From Basidiobolus meristosporus CBS 931.73 (Eukaryota; Fungi; Basidiobolomycota), in contig MCFE01000226.1 of NCBI GenBank assembly GCA_002104905.1, positions 1 to 64,000 on the forward strand: a stretch of 64,000 nt of DNA, written 5' to 3'. Under the pieces are notes generated by a model. The model was given only the letters and a program-made list of their open reading frames with translations. It ran no database searches and was not told the DNA's origin. The position numbers were made by a program, and so were the translations under genes. Positions 49,010-60,683 of this stretch are shown one piece after another (position 1 is the stretch's first letter; every line of letters begins with the position of its first letter).

Positions 49010-49150
49010 ATATTGATTGTCGAACGGAACAACAGTGATGGCAGTGCGTACACAAGCAACTGAAACTTCGAATTCAGTGGGAAAGGTGGCTTTATACTAT
49101 ATCTTATGGAAATTTCGACACTGGCGGTGGTGTAGCGTTCATCTAGCACT
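49010..49150 (+). pseudogene. Relic CHAP C-terminal fragment (type A)
   Basis: AACAGTGATGGCAGTGCGTACACAAGCAACTGAAACTTCGAATTCAGTGGGAAAGG; W codon mutated to TGA; frameshifts. Confidence 0.8.
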
Positions 49151-49756
49151 AACCACAAACCAATCATACTTTTGATGTAAAAGGCATCATTTTGTGCTTG
49201 ATTCTGGGAATTAAATGACATTAGACTGCTCCCCTCTAATACTAGAATCAGGCACCTAATTGCCTACTATAGGACCCGTACCTTATAAGACTCATAAAAC
49301 TTTAATAGCCTAGATTTATGAATCATCCCTTGTTGCCTTTTCCACAACCTCTTACGTATCAATGGCGTGCGAGAATATACCAAGTGGGGATGATTCAATA
49401 TGTGCACATTGTTGGTATGAACTGGGGGACCCAGCTAGGAAGAAAAGGAATGTAACGCCAAGTTACATCAACGTCATTGTTATTTTGGAAAGTGTCGCTA
49501 ATATAACTACAAACAACTTGGTTCGTAATGAGGATGAGTAAAATAGGTTTCTGGAAGCTGCGGGCACTTCTAATTTAATGAATGACAGGCTAGCTTCGAT
49601 CACTTTTTTTGGAATTTTCATCTATGTCAACGAATCTAATGTTGAAGGTTCTTTGGTTCAGGAATCTTTAGTCTGGAACTTGTACAATGTATCAACTTTC
49701 GGATGTTATCCAATCAGCATCAAGACTCCTTCATGGTTGCCACCCGACTAGAAAAC

Positions 49757-49825
49757 AAAGTTGTGGGGCAACCGGAAACGTAGCCATACTATGATGGAGG
49801 ACATTCTAGCAGCTGGAACTTTCAT
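49757..49825 (+). pseudogene. Highly decayed CHAP fragment
   Basis: AAGTTGTGGGGCAACCGGAAACGTAGC...GCAGCTGGAACTT resembles GCGATGHVA...SNWNF with an internal deletion. Confidence 0.45.
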
Positions 49826-50205
49826 AGCCATACAAAAGCAAGATTCACCAACTACTTTTGTAGTGATATTTACCGCAAAGTCGTGGTCCCATCATTATGA
49901 CTGCTCACTGAATGTCGATTAGGCCTTAGTTGAATCTATACTATTATCGACAGTTTCTCCCACTCGATCCAGATCCAGATTGGAGCAGGTCCCATGAAAT
50001 TTGCGGGACCTCAGTTACCAAACCTAGTCAGTAAATAGCTCAAATATTCCAATCCATCGAACGGGTACAATGCCTACGGCTGATCTGATCTTCAATGGAT
50101 CCTAATGGGCATCTGTTGGTGATTAGACACAAATTCGATCCGTAAGCCCTAAAATTGATATAAAATCCAGCCTCCTCAATATCATCAAATTAAATCAACA
50201 TAACA

Positions 50206-50739
50206 ATGGTCAAAGTCGCAGCATTGTCTTGTGCTCTTCTGAGCACCATCAGTCTAACAGAGTTCAGCGCGTCAGCTCTACCCGCACCATCAGTGGACAT
50301 TCCGTCTCAAGAATCAAACCAAAAGAACACCACAGAAGTTAGAACTAAGCCAGAAGGACTTATCAACCTCGCATCGTGCTCACTGGACCATCGTTACAAC
50401 AACGGTAAATGCACCGATTGGGCGGATGCCCGTTACTATCAACTCACCTGCCAGCAAACTACTTGGATGAGTGATGCCAGCTCCTGGACCAGCAATGCTC
50501 GTAGTGCTGGTGGTTGGACAGTTTCCAGTCAGCCACGAGTTCCCTCCATTATTGTGATCCAGCCCGGGTATCAGGGTTGTGGGGCCACTGGGCATGTTGG
50601 TGTTGTGGAGAGAATCAACAGTGATGGCAGTGTGTACACAAGCAACTGGAACTTCGAATTCAGTGGGAAAGGCGGGTTGTACACTACATCCTATGGCAAC
50701 TTCGACACCGGCAGTGGTGTATCATTTATCTGGCATTAA
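50206..50739 (+). CDS. Secreted CHAP-domain protein 7 (intact, type A)
   Basis: 177 aa; signal peptide; GKCTDW and GHVGVVERINSDG. Confidence 0.88.
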   Translation: MVKVAALSCALLSTISLTEFSASALPAPSVDIPSQESNQKNTTEVRTKPEGLINLASCSLDHRYNNGKCTDWADARYYQLTCQQTTWMSDASSWTSNARSAGGWTVSSQPRVPSIIVIQPGYQGCGATGHVGVVERINSDGSVYTSNWNFEFSGKGGLYTTSYGNFDTGSGVSFIWH

Positions 50740-51801
50740 TATATATCAGATGCTTGCATGACCAAGATTCAAAGATTCTGGAAATCAACCAATAGATCAG
50801 ACTAGACCGTTCCATATTGGAAATACCTCTTAACCTTAATAAATCATAAATGCGTATTGGCATATTAACTGGATTATTCTGACTCTCGGAAATGTATTTT
50901 GTCAAGTTTCGAACGGACTGACGTCGAAGACCAGATAGGCTTGCGAAAAATCTACCAATAAGCCCTGCAATACTGGTGTAAGAATTGTCTACTTCTTTAT
51001 ATCTCAACAGCTCAGGTCATTGGGAATCATTACGGTGTAAGTACCAGTAGAAATCTTTCATTCCAATCCGGATTTGCTAGTCTAAAGCGCTAGTGCGAGA
51101 AATATGGGTTCATTTGTTAATAATAAGCATGCCTCGGCCGTGGTTGGTGTGAACTCCCATAACTGTAAAATAGAGGATCAATAGGGGTTGGCAAGCCGGG
51201 AAATTTCTATAAATGATATGTAGAATGGTTAGACAAGTCACAACAGGCGTATATATTGTTCAAATGCTTATCGATATTCATCGCTACGTGGTATATTTGT
51301 TGAGTCAAACATTAATAAAAGTTATTATTGCCCGGGAAACACCACGGTGCAAACGGAATGCTTGGAAAAATGAAATACAAATATTCCTTATCCCCCCCCT
51401 CCGCCTGATTATCCCAAGGCCGTGCAGCTGACTGATATGTATTGCCAAGTTAGTCGATTGAAGTCCCCTTAACCATCCCCAATTTTTGAGTTAAACGGCG
51501 AATACAACGAACAGTGAGAAGCTGAGTCACTTTGAAAATATTTGGCAAGCACCAGGGTTGCACTCTGACAAGCCATATTCATGATAGCCCAGACGCTGAT
51601 GTTTGTCCCTAGCTTTTGATTGATAATGGCCAATGAGCCTTTTGGTATAATTTGGCTAGAACCAACTTTGTAGCCCAGGTGGTATTGCTCAAGTTGATTG
51701 GGTTGAGGTATATTCGAGGAATCAGTGGAGCAGGATATGAATTGTAGCATGCATAACCAAGCTACGTAAACCAAAGATCCCGAATCTTCTTCGACACAGA
51801 A

Positions 51802-52319
51802 ATGTTCAAAATCTCCGCGTTTTCTTTGGCTGTACTCGGTGTCATCGGTCTTACCGAGTTCACCACCATGGCTCTACCAGCACCAGTCGTCAATACTCCG
51901 TCACAAGTATCCAACCAGTAGAACACTACAGAAGTTAGAAGCAAGCTCTATAGAACTACTATCCTCGCCTCATGCTCATTGGTCCATCGTTATAATAACG
52001 GTGAATGCACCGATACTATCAACTCACCTGCCGGCACACTACTTGGGTGAGTGATGCCAGCTCCTGTACCAGTAATGCTCGTAGTGCTGGTGGCTCGACA
52101 GTGTCCAGTCAGCCACGAGTTCCCTCCATTATTGTGATCCAGCCCGAGTATCAGGGTTGTGGGGCCACTGGGCAGGTTGGTGTTGTGGAGAGAATCAACA
52201 GTGATGGCAGTGTGTACACAAGCAACTGGAACTTCGAATTCAGTGGAAAAGGCGGGTTGTACACTGAATCCTATGGTAACTTCGACACCAGCAGTGGTGT
52301 ATCATTCATTTGGCATTAG
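51802..52319 (+). pseudogene. CHAP gene 8 pseudogene (type A)
   Basis: In-frame TAG at 51919-51921; 16-bp deletion at ~52014 removing WADAR; catalytic His changed to Gln (GQVGVVE). Confidence 0.88.
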
Positions 52320-53063
52320 GAAATGCTAGATAGAGCCATAAATAACATCAGGCGATTCTGGAAATTGGATGAGACATGAGATGATATTCGTAAATTTCAT
52401 TTCCTGGTATGTTGTATGACAATAAACTGCACCTTGTCACATTAATGAGCACTGGTTAGTAGCTTTGACCGAGAGGCCCTCATCTTGAGAGTAATATAAA
52501 CATCCAATTGGTTACAATCCGTATTTTGATGAGCAGTTTTGAGATCAGGGTCAAAATATGTATTCCACGTCCTTGTATTACTTTATCAGTGGCACATAGT
52601 TCATCGGAAATTGGTACGCATTCAAATGATTTTGGCGGTCCAAAGCTTTACTTGACCTATCAGGTATAGAATCTAATCGAAGGATTCGACAAAGTAAAGT
52701 TATGCTATCCTTGAATTCCGGTCCGCACTGAGTAGGGCAACTAGAGGACTTCAACACGATTCGTTCATGTGTGAGCGATTCACGCATGGAGTAGCGATGA
52801 TGTTTTGAAAACCTGGATGGTGTCAATATGAATTGAGGTGATGGGATTATCTCCACAATGGGACACAAAACTATGAAATTTCAATCCATCTTGGATTCTA
52901 TGCCAACTACCAAAAAAGCGGTGGATGAAATTGGCGAAGAGCACGCTATCGGATCAGTTGGATCTAGCTGAGCCTTGAAATAAGTGGATTGGATTGGAAT
53001 GATGCTGATGATCTTGGGAATTCGTATATAAGCCGGTATCAACAGGATCTTGGAGCACAATCA

Positions 53064-53589
53064 ATGATCAAAATCGCAGTATTATCCTGTGCTCTTCTTG
53101 GTACTATCAGCATAACTGGGTCCACCGTCGTAGCTTTACCTGCACCAGTCGCGAATGCTCCGTCCCACGAATCGAGTCAACAGAACACCATGGAAGTTAA
53201 CCTGATGGCATTGCCAGACTCACATCGTGCTCACTGGACCATCGTTACAACAACGGTAAATGCACCGATTGGGCGGATGCCCGCTACTATCAACTCACCT
53301 GCCAGTACACTACTTGGGTGAGTGATGCCAGCTCCTGTACCAGCAATGCTCGTAGTGCTGGTGGCTGGACAAAGTCCAGTCAGCCACGAGTTCCCTCCAT
53401 TATTGTGATCCAGCCCGGGTATCAGGGTTGTGGGGCCACTGGGCATGTTGGTGTTGTGGAGAGAATCAACAGTGATGGCACTGTGCAACAAGCAACTGGA
53501 ACTTCGAATTCAACTGCAAAGGTGGGCTTTATAATACAATTTACGGAAACTTCGACACCGCCAGTAGTGTATCATTTATCTGGCATTGA
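53064..53589 (+). pseudogene. CHAP gene 9 pseudogene (type A)
   Basis: Signal peptide intact from ATG 53064; frameshifting indels near 53200 and 53490; 526 nt versus 534. Confidence 0.85.
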
Positions 53590-54496
53590 TAGATTTGTAC
53601 CCTGATTATAGGACAGAGTAAAAGATTTATACCCACGAACATAGAAATAAATCCCTTCTGGTTCAAAATGCCAACTTATCAACATGGAATATTCAAAATG
53701 TACTGATAATGTAGTCTAGGTGAATAGCGTAGGGACACGCAATATACACCTAAGTTTAAAGCGATGTTGGCGCACAGTGTTCATTGTATATTTTCTGATG
53801 AGCAATGATTCGATAGTAATGAGGGATCAGATAACAGAATAGAACAAGAACACCCATATATAGCTATGAAATTATAACGATTCAGCTTGTTGATTGGATC
53901 GATGCTTGAAATAATCCGTGACTATAACTGAAGTGACTAATATTCTACCAGAACAATCGGAGAATATCTTAAAAAAACCCAAGCAAATAGTCAACCTATT
54001 AGTATTACGGACTGCCCTTTTTGCCCACCCGGTATGTTGTCGATATACAAACTTGAACGCTACTTACCATATTCAGTCCAGTAGTCAGCAATTGACCATC
54101 AGCTTTATCCACGAGCAACATTCAGCCCAATGGTGTAAATGTGATAAGTACTTAGACTACATTGGAAAGGGGAAACAGTGACCTAACTGGCCATCTGGTG
54201 ATTATGATTTGATTGATCTAAAACGTCTGCCAGCAATCTTTTCCGCTCATCCCGATACATCATGTCACCCAAGAGTTGCCACATTCGGTTAATATATGTT
54301 CCCTGGAATTCGCCGGCAATCTCCCCAAGATCTCGGATCAGGCTAGAGTTGATGATGTATAGATCTACATCTACCAGAGGCCATGGGATATTCAAGAATA
54401 TAATGGATTATATGTTTAATGTTAATCGAAGGGCAAAGAGGGATGCATCGAAGGGGATTATAGAGAGGGATCTGGGTTGGAGGGCGCTGGGGAAAT

Positions 54497-56269
54497 TCAC
54501 TTGAGAATTATCCCTGGCGTGTACTCTTTGAGCCAAAAGATGTCTTCTGAAATATCGGAGCCAACTTCGCACTCCTTCGTGCTTATCCTCACCCCCAGTA
54601 CTGGATGTAAAGGGAAATCTATCTTGACCGGGAACCCAGCTGGGGTCTCTCCATCTTTATGTGCGATGTTACATAATCTGACAAATCCTGACCAATCCAA
54701 GATCCCGCCACCAAGTAGCTGCTCCAGTACTGGGGAGATCTGGCTCAGAGAGATGGGGAACCCGTCGGATTTGTCGAGGCCGCGAGGCTGGGCCCAGCAT
54801 ACTTTGATCGATTGCTTGCACTCGAATTTGAACAGCTGCGTGCTGACCTTCGCCTTGGAAAAGGTGATGGCCCCGGTGTTATTCTCGTTGAAGTAATGGT
54901 CGAGGTCCTCCGCCACCACCACGGGAATGGCATCCTGCTCACTGCGATACACGTTCCCAAACTGCTCTATGCTCACTTCGTCCCACGCTAAGGACTGTCG
55001 CTTGCTTGCAGTATCCGATCTATCCTGACGTTTCAAAAACTTGGGCCCGGTCCCCGAGGATTTCCCATTCGAGTCCAGGTCGTCCTCCGAGTCCGAATCA
55101 ACCTCTGAGTCCGAGTCCATGGATCCTTGCGTCCCATTTTTGGGCCCATCAGCAACATCGGTTTTTTCTTGGGAGAGCAAGGTGTCCAACCCGTTGAATC
55201 CCAGTGAGCGAAGCTTATTGATCAGCACACTTGAGGAAACACTAACGGTACGGCCGTTGGGACTGGTCCACATGTTATCGACCAACTCGCGGGCTAGAAT
55301 GGAGATGGAGACGTTCTTGATCTTGTATATCTTATGACCGGTCTTCTTTTTCAGCAGCGAAAGCTTCTTCCTGGGCTCACAAGGCTTGATGGTGACGTTT
55401 TGTAAGGGCAACCACCATTTCACCATCGGCGAACGCATCGTATTGCCGACAAAGTTATCGATCAATGGGCCGGTTAGAGAGGGGTAAACCTCTTGGGTGA
55501 GCTCGCGCTCATGATCCACTATGATGACGGTGGGGGGTAGAGGGAATGCCTGCGCGCTATTCGGATCGTCGGCTCGAACAATCAAACTGAACCGACTCTG
55601 GTTGGATTTCTTCAACGCTTGTCTACGCTTCTGAATGACGTCGGCCGCTGTTTGGTCTGGCGATTGGACTCTTCCGCCCAGGAGCAATGTGGGCTCCCCG
55701 AAATCCACCCTGAAGTAGCAGCCTTTTTTCCGGACTCTTATCGCATCTCTGGGTAACGTATGTCTCGCCAACAGGTTCGATAGCCGACTGGTGAACTTCC
55801 AATGCAACGTGATGTCCAGCGTCTCCCCCAACCTTTGATTCAATTTCGCCAGTGGCCCTCCCTCAGGAGGGGAGTTCGTGCTCACTGGATTCTCATTGGC
55901 CGAGGGCTGATGGGCTTTCGCTGTGAGTAGACTGATGGGTGATGCACACCAATCTCGAGCCTGCTGTTCCACCGATTTGAGCAGGATCTTTCGGATCAGG
56001 TCCCGGTTCTGGAGTGCGGTGGCATCCTCGAGAGGGCTCCACGTAGGGACTCCATTGTGGTCCCTCTTACGGCCTATACAGTCTGCTCCACGGTCAAGCA
56101 ACAGATGGGCAACCTCAAGATGCTCCAGCAAAAGGGATAGTTGGAGCGGGGTGTTCCCATGATGGTCTCTCTCATTGATTTGGTTGTACAAAGAGCCGCC
56201 CAAGGCGGTTTCCAGCCCGGCGAAGTCGTTTTGAAAAACAAGTCGATGTAGAGGGTAGTTCAAGTGCAT
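54497..56269 (-). CDS. Ankyrin-repeat protein, ANKRD13/GPCR-chaperone-like, 590 aa
   Basis: N-terminal ankyrin repeats (YPLHRLV, GNTPLQLS, WSPLEDA), LHWKFTS...RDAIRVRKKG..FRVD and C-terminal GFPVKIDFPL match the ANKRD13 layout; acidic low-complexity insert. Confidence 0.8.
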   Translation of the reverse strand: MHLNYPLHRLVFQNDFAGLETALGGSLYNQINERDHHGNTPLQLSLLLEHLEVAHLLLDRGADCIGRKRDHNGVPTWSPLEDATALQNRDLIRKILLKSVEQQARDWCASPISLLTAKAHQPSANENPVSTNSPPEGGPLAKLNQRLGETLDITLHWKFTSRLSNLLARHTLPRDAIRVRKKGCYFRVDFGEPTLLLGGRVQSPDQTAADVIQKRRQALKKSNQSRFSLIVRADDPNSAQAFPLPPTVIIVDHERELTQEVYPSLTGPLIDNFVGNTMRSPMVKWWLPLQNVTIKPCEPRKKLSLLKKKTGHKIYKIKNVSISILARELVDNMWTSPNGRTVSVSSSVLINKLRSLGFNGLDTLLSQEKTDVADGPKNGTQGSMDSDSEVDSDSEDDLDSNGKSSGTGPKFLKRQDRSDTASKRQSLAWDEVSIEQFGNVYRSEQDAIPVVVAEDLDHYFNENNTGAITFSKAKVSTQLFKFECKQSIKVCWAQPRGLDKSDGFPISLSQISPVLEQLLGGGILDWSGFVRLCNIAHKDGETPAGFPVKIDFPLHPVLGVRISTKECEVGSDISEDIFWLKEYTPGIILK

Positions 56270-57542
56270 AACAAACGAATACTCAACCTGGATGGGGCTC
56301 GGGTGGAGATATCTCTATTTAGCGACCAGCAAGATATCGGTTAGTTGGGCAGTGGTGCGTGGGCCGGGTTACCTTTGGTAAACAGGGTAAAGGGTAGGTG
56401 GGAGGGGAAAGCAAAGGCAAGCTGAGGGGATCAAGGGAAGGAAGAACTAGAATGCAAGCCACCCAGGTGTCCGACACCAATGCCGGTTATATACGCCGGT
56501 AGGAATGGATCCGAACTGCACGCAACACCAAGATCTATAATATTGCAGTTTGGGGAAGGGATTCGGTGTTTCGCTATAATAGCCAAGGTGCGACCACAAT
56601 GCTACGACAATGCAACCATCATGTCTGATATTTGACAAATCCGAGGGCTCTTCGATAATTATAAATTGGTGATAAAGATGTTAGAACTGGTTCCCATACT
56701 CACCATCAACGACCTTCTTAGTGCTCCCCGATATGGAAATCATGATCCATCTTTGTCGAGCCACCCTTCCCAGACGAATCCAGTTGCCTCCACACTGAAC
56801 GGGGAAGGGTCAGCAGCAATGGTCCGTGGCATGCTCTCTAGACTCGTGGATATTCATCCCACTTGACTCATGCAGTGGGCAGCCAGATTGGCCGCTCTAA
56901 TTGGAATGGACGGATTACGCATGTCTGTTCAGCTGCCAAGAATTCTCCCACTCTGCCCACAGCGTGAGAAGCGGTGTGCGCGTCGGGTCGCATGTGAGTA
57001 GATTGATATATTCGGTATGGGCGACCGAAAACCGCTACTGATGTGTACTCCCTCTGATTTGAAATTCCACTGTAGCAAGAAGGATGCTTCCAACCTGTTC
57101 ACCATCTAGACACCACCGGGTGAGAATGCCCTCCATCACCCACTTATCTCCCCCGCGTCACTGATAGCCTATTCGACCGCATGCCGGTTCAAAGCCAGTC
57201 GTTTACCAAAAATGGAATTGATTGGTACAGAAGTCACACTGGATAAATTTTTCGAATGCAGCCAATGAGTGGCCCCACGGATCATGAGGAAATATCCTTA
57301 AGTGAGATTTGGTTTAATTTACGTTGGCAAACAGGGTCATTTCGGGCCAGTCTCCCAAATTGGCCTGGAATGGGGAATGCCTATACCTTAACCGATCCGC
57401 AAACTCTTCCCTCATGCCAGATGGGAATAAGGTTTATTTTGGGAAGACGCACTGATCTGGCGGCGATGAAAAAAAAACCCTGAACCCGGCTGCCACGCCT
57501 GGATAAATACGTCCCCGCCAGCTGCCCGCGACACCAACCAGC

Positions 57543-59128
57543 ATGTCCACCCTACAGACCGCCTCCTACGCGGCGAGCATCGCCGTCTGCGTAGGCTTCG
57601 GGCTATTTGCCCTCGTATGGAGTCGGAAAATGCAGGAACGCAACAAGGACGCCGAGTTCTTCTTGACCGCGAGGAATTCTCAAGGCACCGGGAAGATCAT
57701 TTGGAGTTTCTATGCGGCCGCAGTGGGAGCCTGGTAAGTGAACCGCGTGAGCGTAGTATTCTCCTCGAAACCAACCATACCAAACCATACGCGACCTGAC
57801 CTGACCTAACCTGGTCCCACCCCCTCTCTAGGACTCTCTTCGGCCCTCCCAGCTACGCTTTGTCCGCTGGAATCTTGGGGGTGATATTCTACGCCGTAGC
57901 TTGCGGTATCCCGATTTTCATTGTCGCCTTCTTCGGGGAGAAGATCCAGTCGCGCTTTCCCAAGGTCCTCTCCTTGGCCGATTTCGTGTCCCAGCGGTTC
58001 GGACGTACCTTGGAGGTGTTGGTGTCCATCATCATGATCTTCAATATGGGGATCGCGTTGACCGCGGAGTACACCTCCATCGGGGATTTGTTCGAGACTG
58101 TGGTGGGCACCAACCGTATCCCCATCGTCATTGTGATCGGGTGCACCACGATGATTTATACCGCCACCGGAGGCTTGTCCGTGTCCATCATCACCGACCA
58201 AATACAGGGCCTGTTTAGTATCATCTTTGTCACCGTGATGGCCATCTACATTGCCGCCACCTTCCGTATGCCACTCAGCGCTGAGCTGCCGGCCGAACTG
58301 GCCCCCAACTACCTGGGGTACTCGGCCATCGCAGTGATGCCCATCTCTTTGACCTGCTCCACCATCTACAACGAGGCGATGTGGCAGCGAGTGTGGGCCT
58401 CCGCGGATGATAAAACGTTGCGGACCGGGGCCCTGGTCTCCATGACCGTGGTCACCATCATCATCTTCTTCTACGGGTTCTGCGGATTCCTCGCCGCGTG
58501 GGCTGGCCTCACCATCGATAACCCGAACACCGTCTTGTTTACGCTGTTGGGGGCCGGTGGCGAGGCACCGGTATGGATCATCGTGATCGTGACCGTGCTA
58601 GCCGCCACAATGAACCAGTCCGCCGTGGATAGCTTGCAGAACGCGTTGGTGGACAACATCTCCTCCTTGTTATTGAGGGGAAGGTCCGTTTGGTGGTCCC
58701 GTCTGGTCGTGGTCATTGTCAACGTCCCGCTCGTCGTGGTCTCCCTCCGCGGATACCAGGTGATGAACCTATTCTTGGTCGCCAATCTGGTTGCCACCTG
58801 CTGCGCGGCTCCTATCCTGTTGGGACTTTCCCGCAGACTGGAGGCGTACGTGACCACCGCCTCGGTGATCGTTGGCTGGATCACTGGATTCGTCGCCGTG
58901 ATGGTCTTCGGGTATCTAAAGGTGGGGGATGTGGCCGGCGGACTTCACTACACCTTCTTCGAGGTCTACGATTATCCCTCGTTCCTGCTCGCATTGGGAT
59001 TCTCCGTGGTTGGGGTGTTCCTGTGGGGAGTGCCCGCCCAACTGCTCACCCACGGCTTCTCCTCGAAGGCCCCGTCTTCCATCACCAAATCCACCACGTT
59101 ACGTGCCTCCCTGGATGAGAAGCATTGA
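57543..59128 (+). CDS. Sodium:solute symporter family transporter (DUR3-like urea/polyamine type), 495 aa, 2 exons
   Basis: Exon 57543-57733, intron 57734-57831 (GTAAGT, CTAAC branch, TAG), exon 57832-59128; join reads GAW-TLFGPPSY. Motifs YTATGGLSVSIITDQIQ and WQRVWA; many hydrophobic segments. Substrate uncertain. Confidence 0.85.
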
Positions 59129-60667
59129 CCACGGGGCGTCACCGTGCTTAGAGAATAGATATGACCGATGGGCTGGTATTTTAGCTTAGAGATAGATCAT
59201 TAATAAACCCCTCTTTGATTTCTGTACCCTTTAACCTCGCAGATGTGGCGGTTCCCTGATTCAGCAGGACCCCATGGAGATGGTGGGCATGCCAATCCTT
59301 CCACATTCGGACTCACCGAGGGCCAATGCTGGTCGGCTGCCCTTTCCGCGAGCCGAATAGATCTCGCTCAGTGGCCTCGGTGTCCCTGAGACCTGTTTGT
59401 TGGGTGAGATATCCCGACAACGAATGTTTTCTGGGGATGATCAATGGTAGATCATCACATGTCCACCGCCGAGCCACCCATGGTGTAGATGGAGTTGGGG
59501 AAATGGTTGGGATCGGTGGGGGTCCTTGGAGACTCGACAGCGTCAGTCGGACGATCTACGTCCCGAAATTGCCGGCTCGGGCTGTGGAATGGAGCAACCT
59601 GGCTGAGGTTCCGGTCTGCTCAAGCCCAGATGCAGTTGTTCAGTGTACCTGGACCCCTCTTGACATCAAGGTTCCTGTACGGTCCGGGTAGACTGGATAC
59701 TGGATTTTGGGGGCATCCATAGGGTCGAGTTCGGCGATCCAAGGAGCATCAATGTGCTTGGAATGACTGTCAGTTGACAACTGTAGCAGTAAAGTCTAGG
59801 ATATTGGATCCGGCAAACCGGACGTGATGTCACTCGACATGACTCACTTGGCCCATTAATTTGCGATACTTCCGTTCAGACAATCGTCTAGTTGGCCAGT
59901 CATAGATCGCAATCCGGCCATTCTACGGAGTCCCACCAAGGATATCACGGTGGTGACCGATGCACAGCCTACTGGTGGTGGAGAGGTGCAGCGCACCTTT
60001 TTGGCCCTTTCTGTGGCCACAACCACTGATCCTGGGGCCATTCACAGTTCCCCCGAATCAAAATGTACTCATGGCCCAATACCCGTCAGCAGGGTTCAGG
60101 TCGTACGCTTGATATTGAGAGAGCACACTGGATGTCACCATCTAGTATGAATGATCCTACCCGAGATTGATGCGGATGATTGATTTTATGGTTCTTCTTT
60201 CTCCGGGCCACATCAGGTATCCTTGTGTGCGCTTCGTCGAAACGAATCATTTCCACCCTTGGCGGCTGAAAAATCCATGGTAACTAGCTAGCCACGGGAC
60301 ACGAGTACACCAAGCATCAGCGGCAAGGCTGTTCGTCACAGGCGGAGCGAAAAACGGCCAATCGATGGCTTAGCTTTGAATGGCGGCTTTTTGCCGGTGC
60401 AATTGTTTGGAAAAGGCCGGTTGCTCCCAACCAGTTGTCAAACAAGTGATGGGTGCCCAAAAATATTGTTGATCCATAGATCCGGCCCTGGGGCCATTCA
60501 GCCACGGTGGTGCCATGCATGATGTACGGTTAGGATAAAATGGCCGCCAACCGGATTTTCCATGGCAATTGGTGGCGCACCAAAGGGAATTGGCCCGGAA
60601 CTGGTGCATGAAAAAATCTGTCATGTTCAAACCTTGGTCCCGAAATGCTGCCTGGATTTGGATTGCC

Positions 60668-60683
60668 TATATATATATATATA
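60668..60683. repeat. (TA)8 microsatellite
   Basis: TATATATATATATATA read directly. Confidence 0.85.

Noticed and set aside
38129-53589. CRISPR array or bacterial contaminant contig
   Set aside because: Repeat units are 1.3-2.7-kb genes, not repeat-spacer units. TATA boxes, widely spaced monocistronic genes, spliceosomal-intron genes and copia LTRs lie on the same sequence.
57806-59189. Several long alternative-frame ORFs over the symporter
   Set aside because: Expected in GC-rich coding DNA; the spliced symporter frame explains the region.
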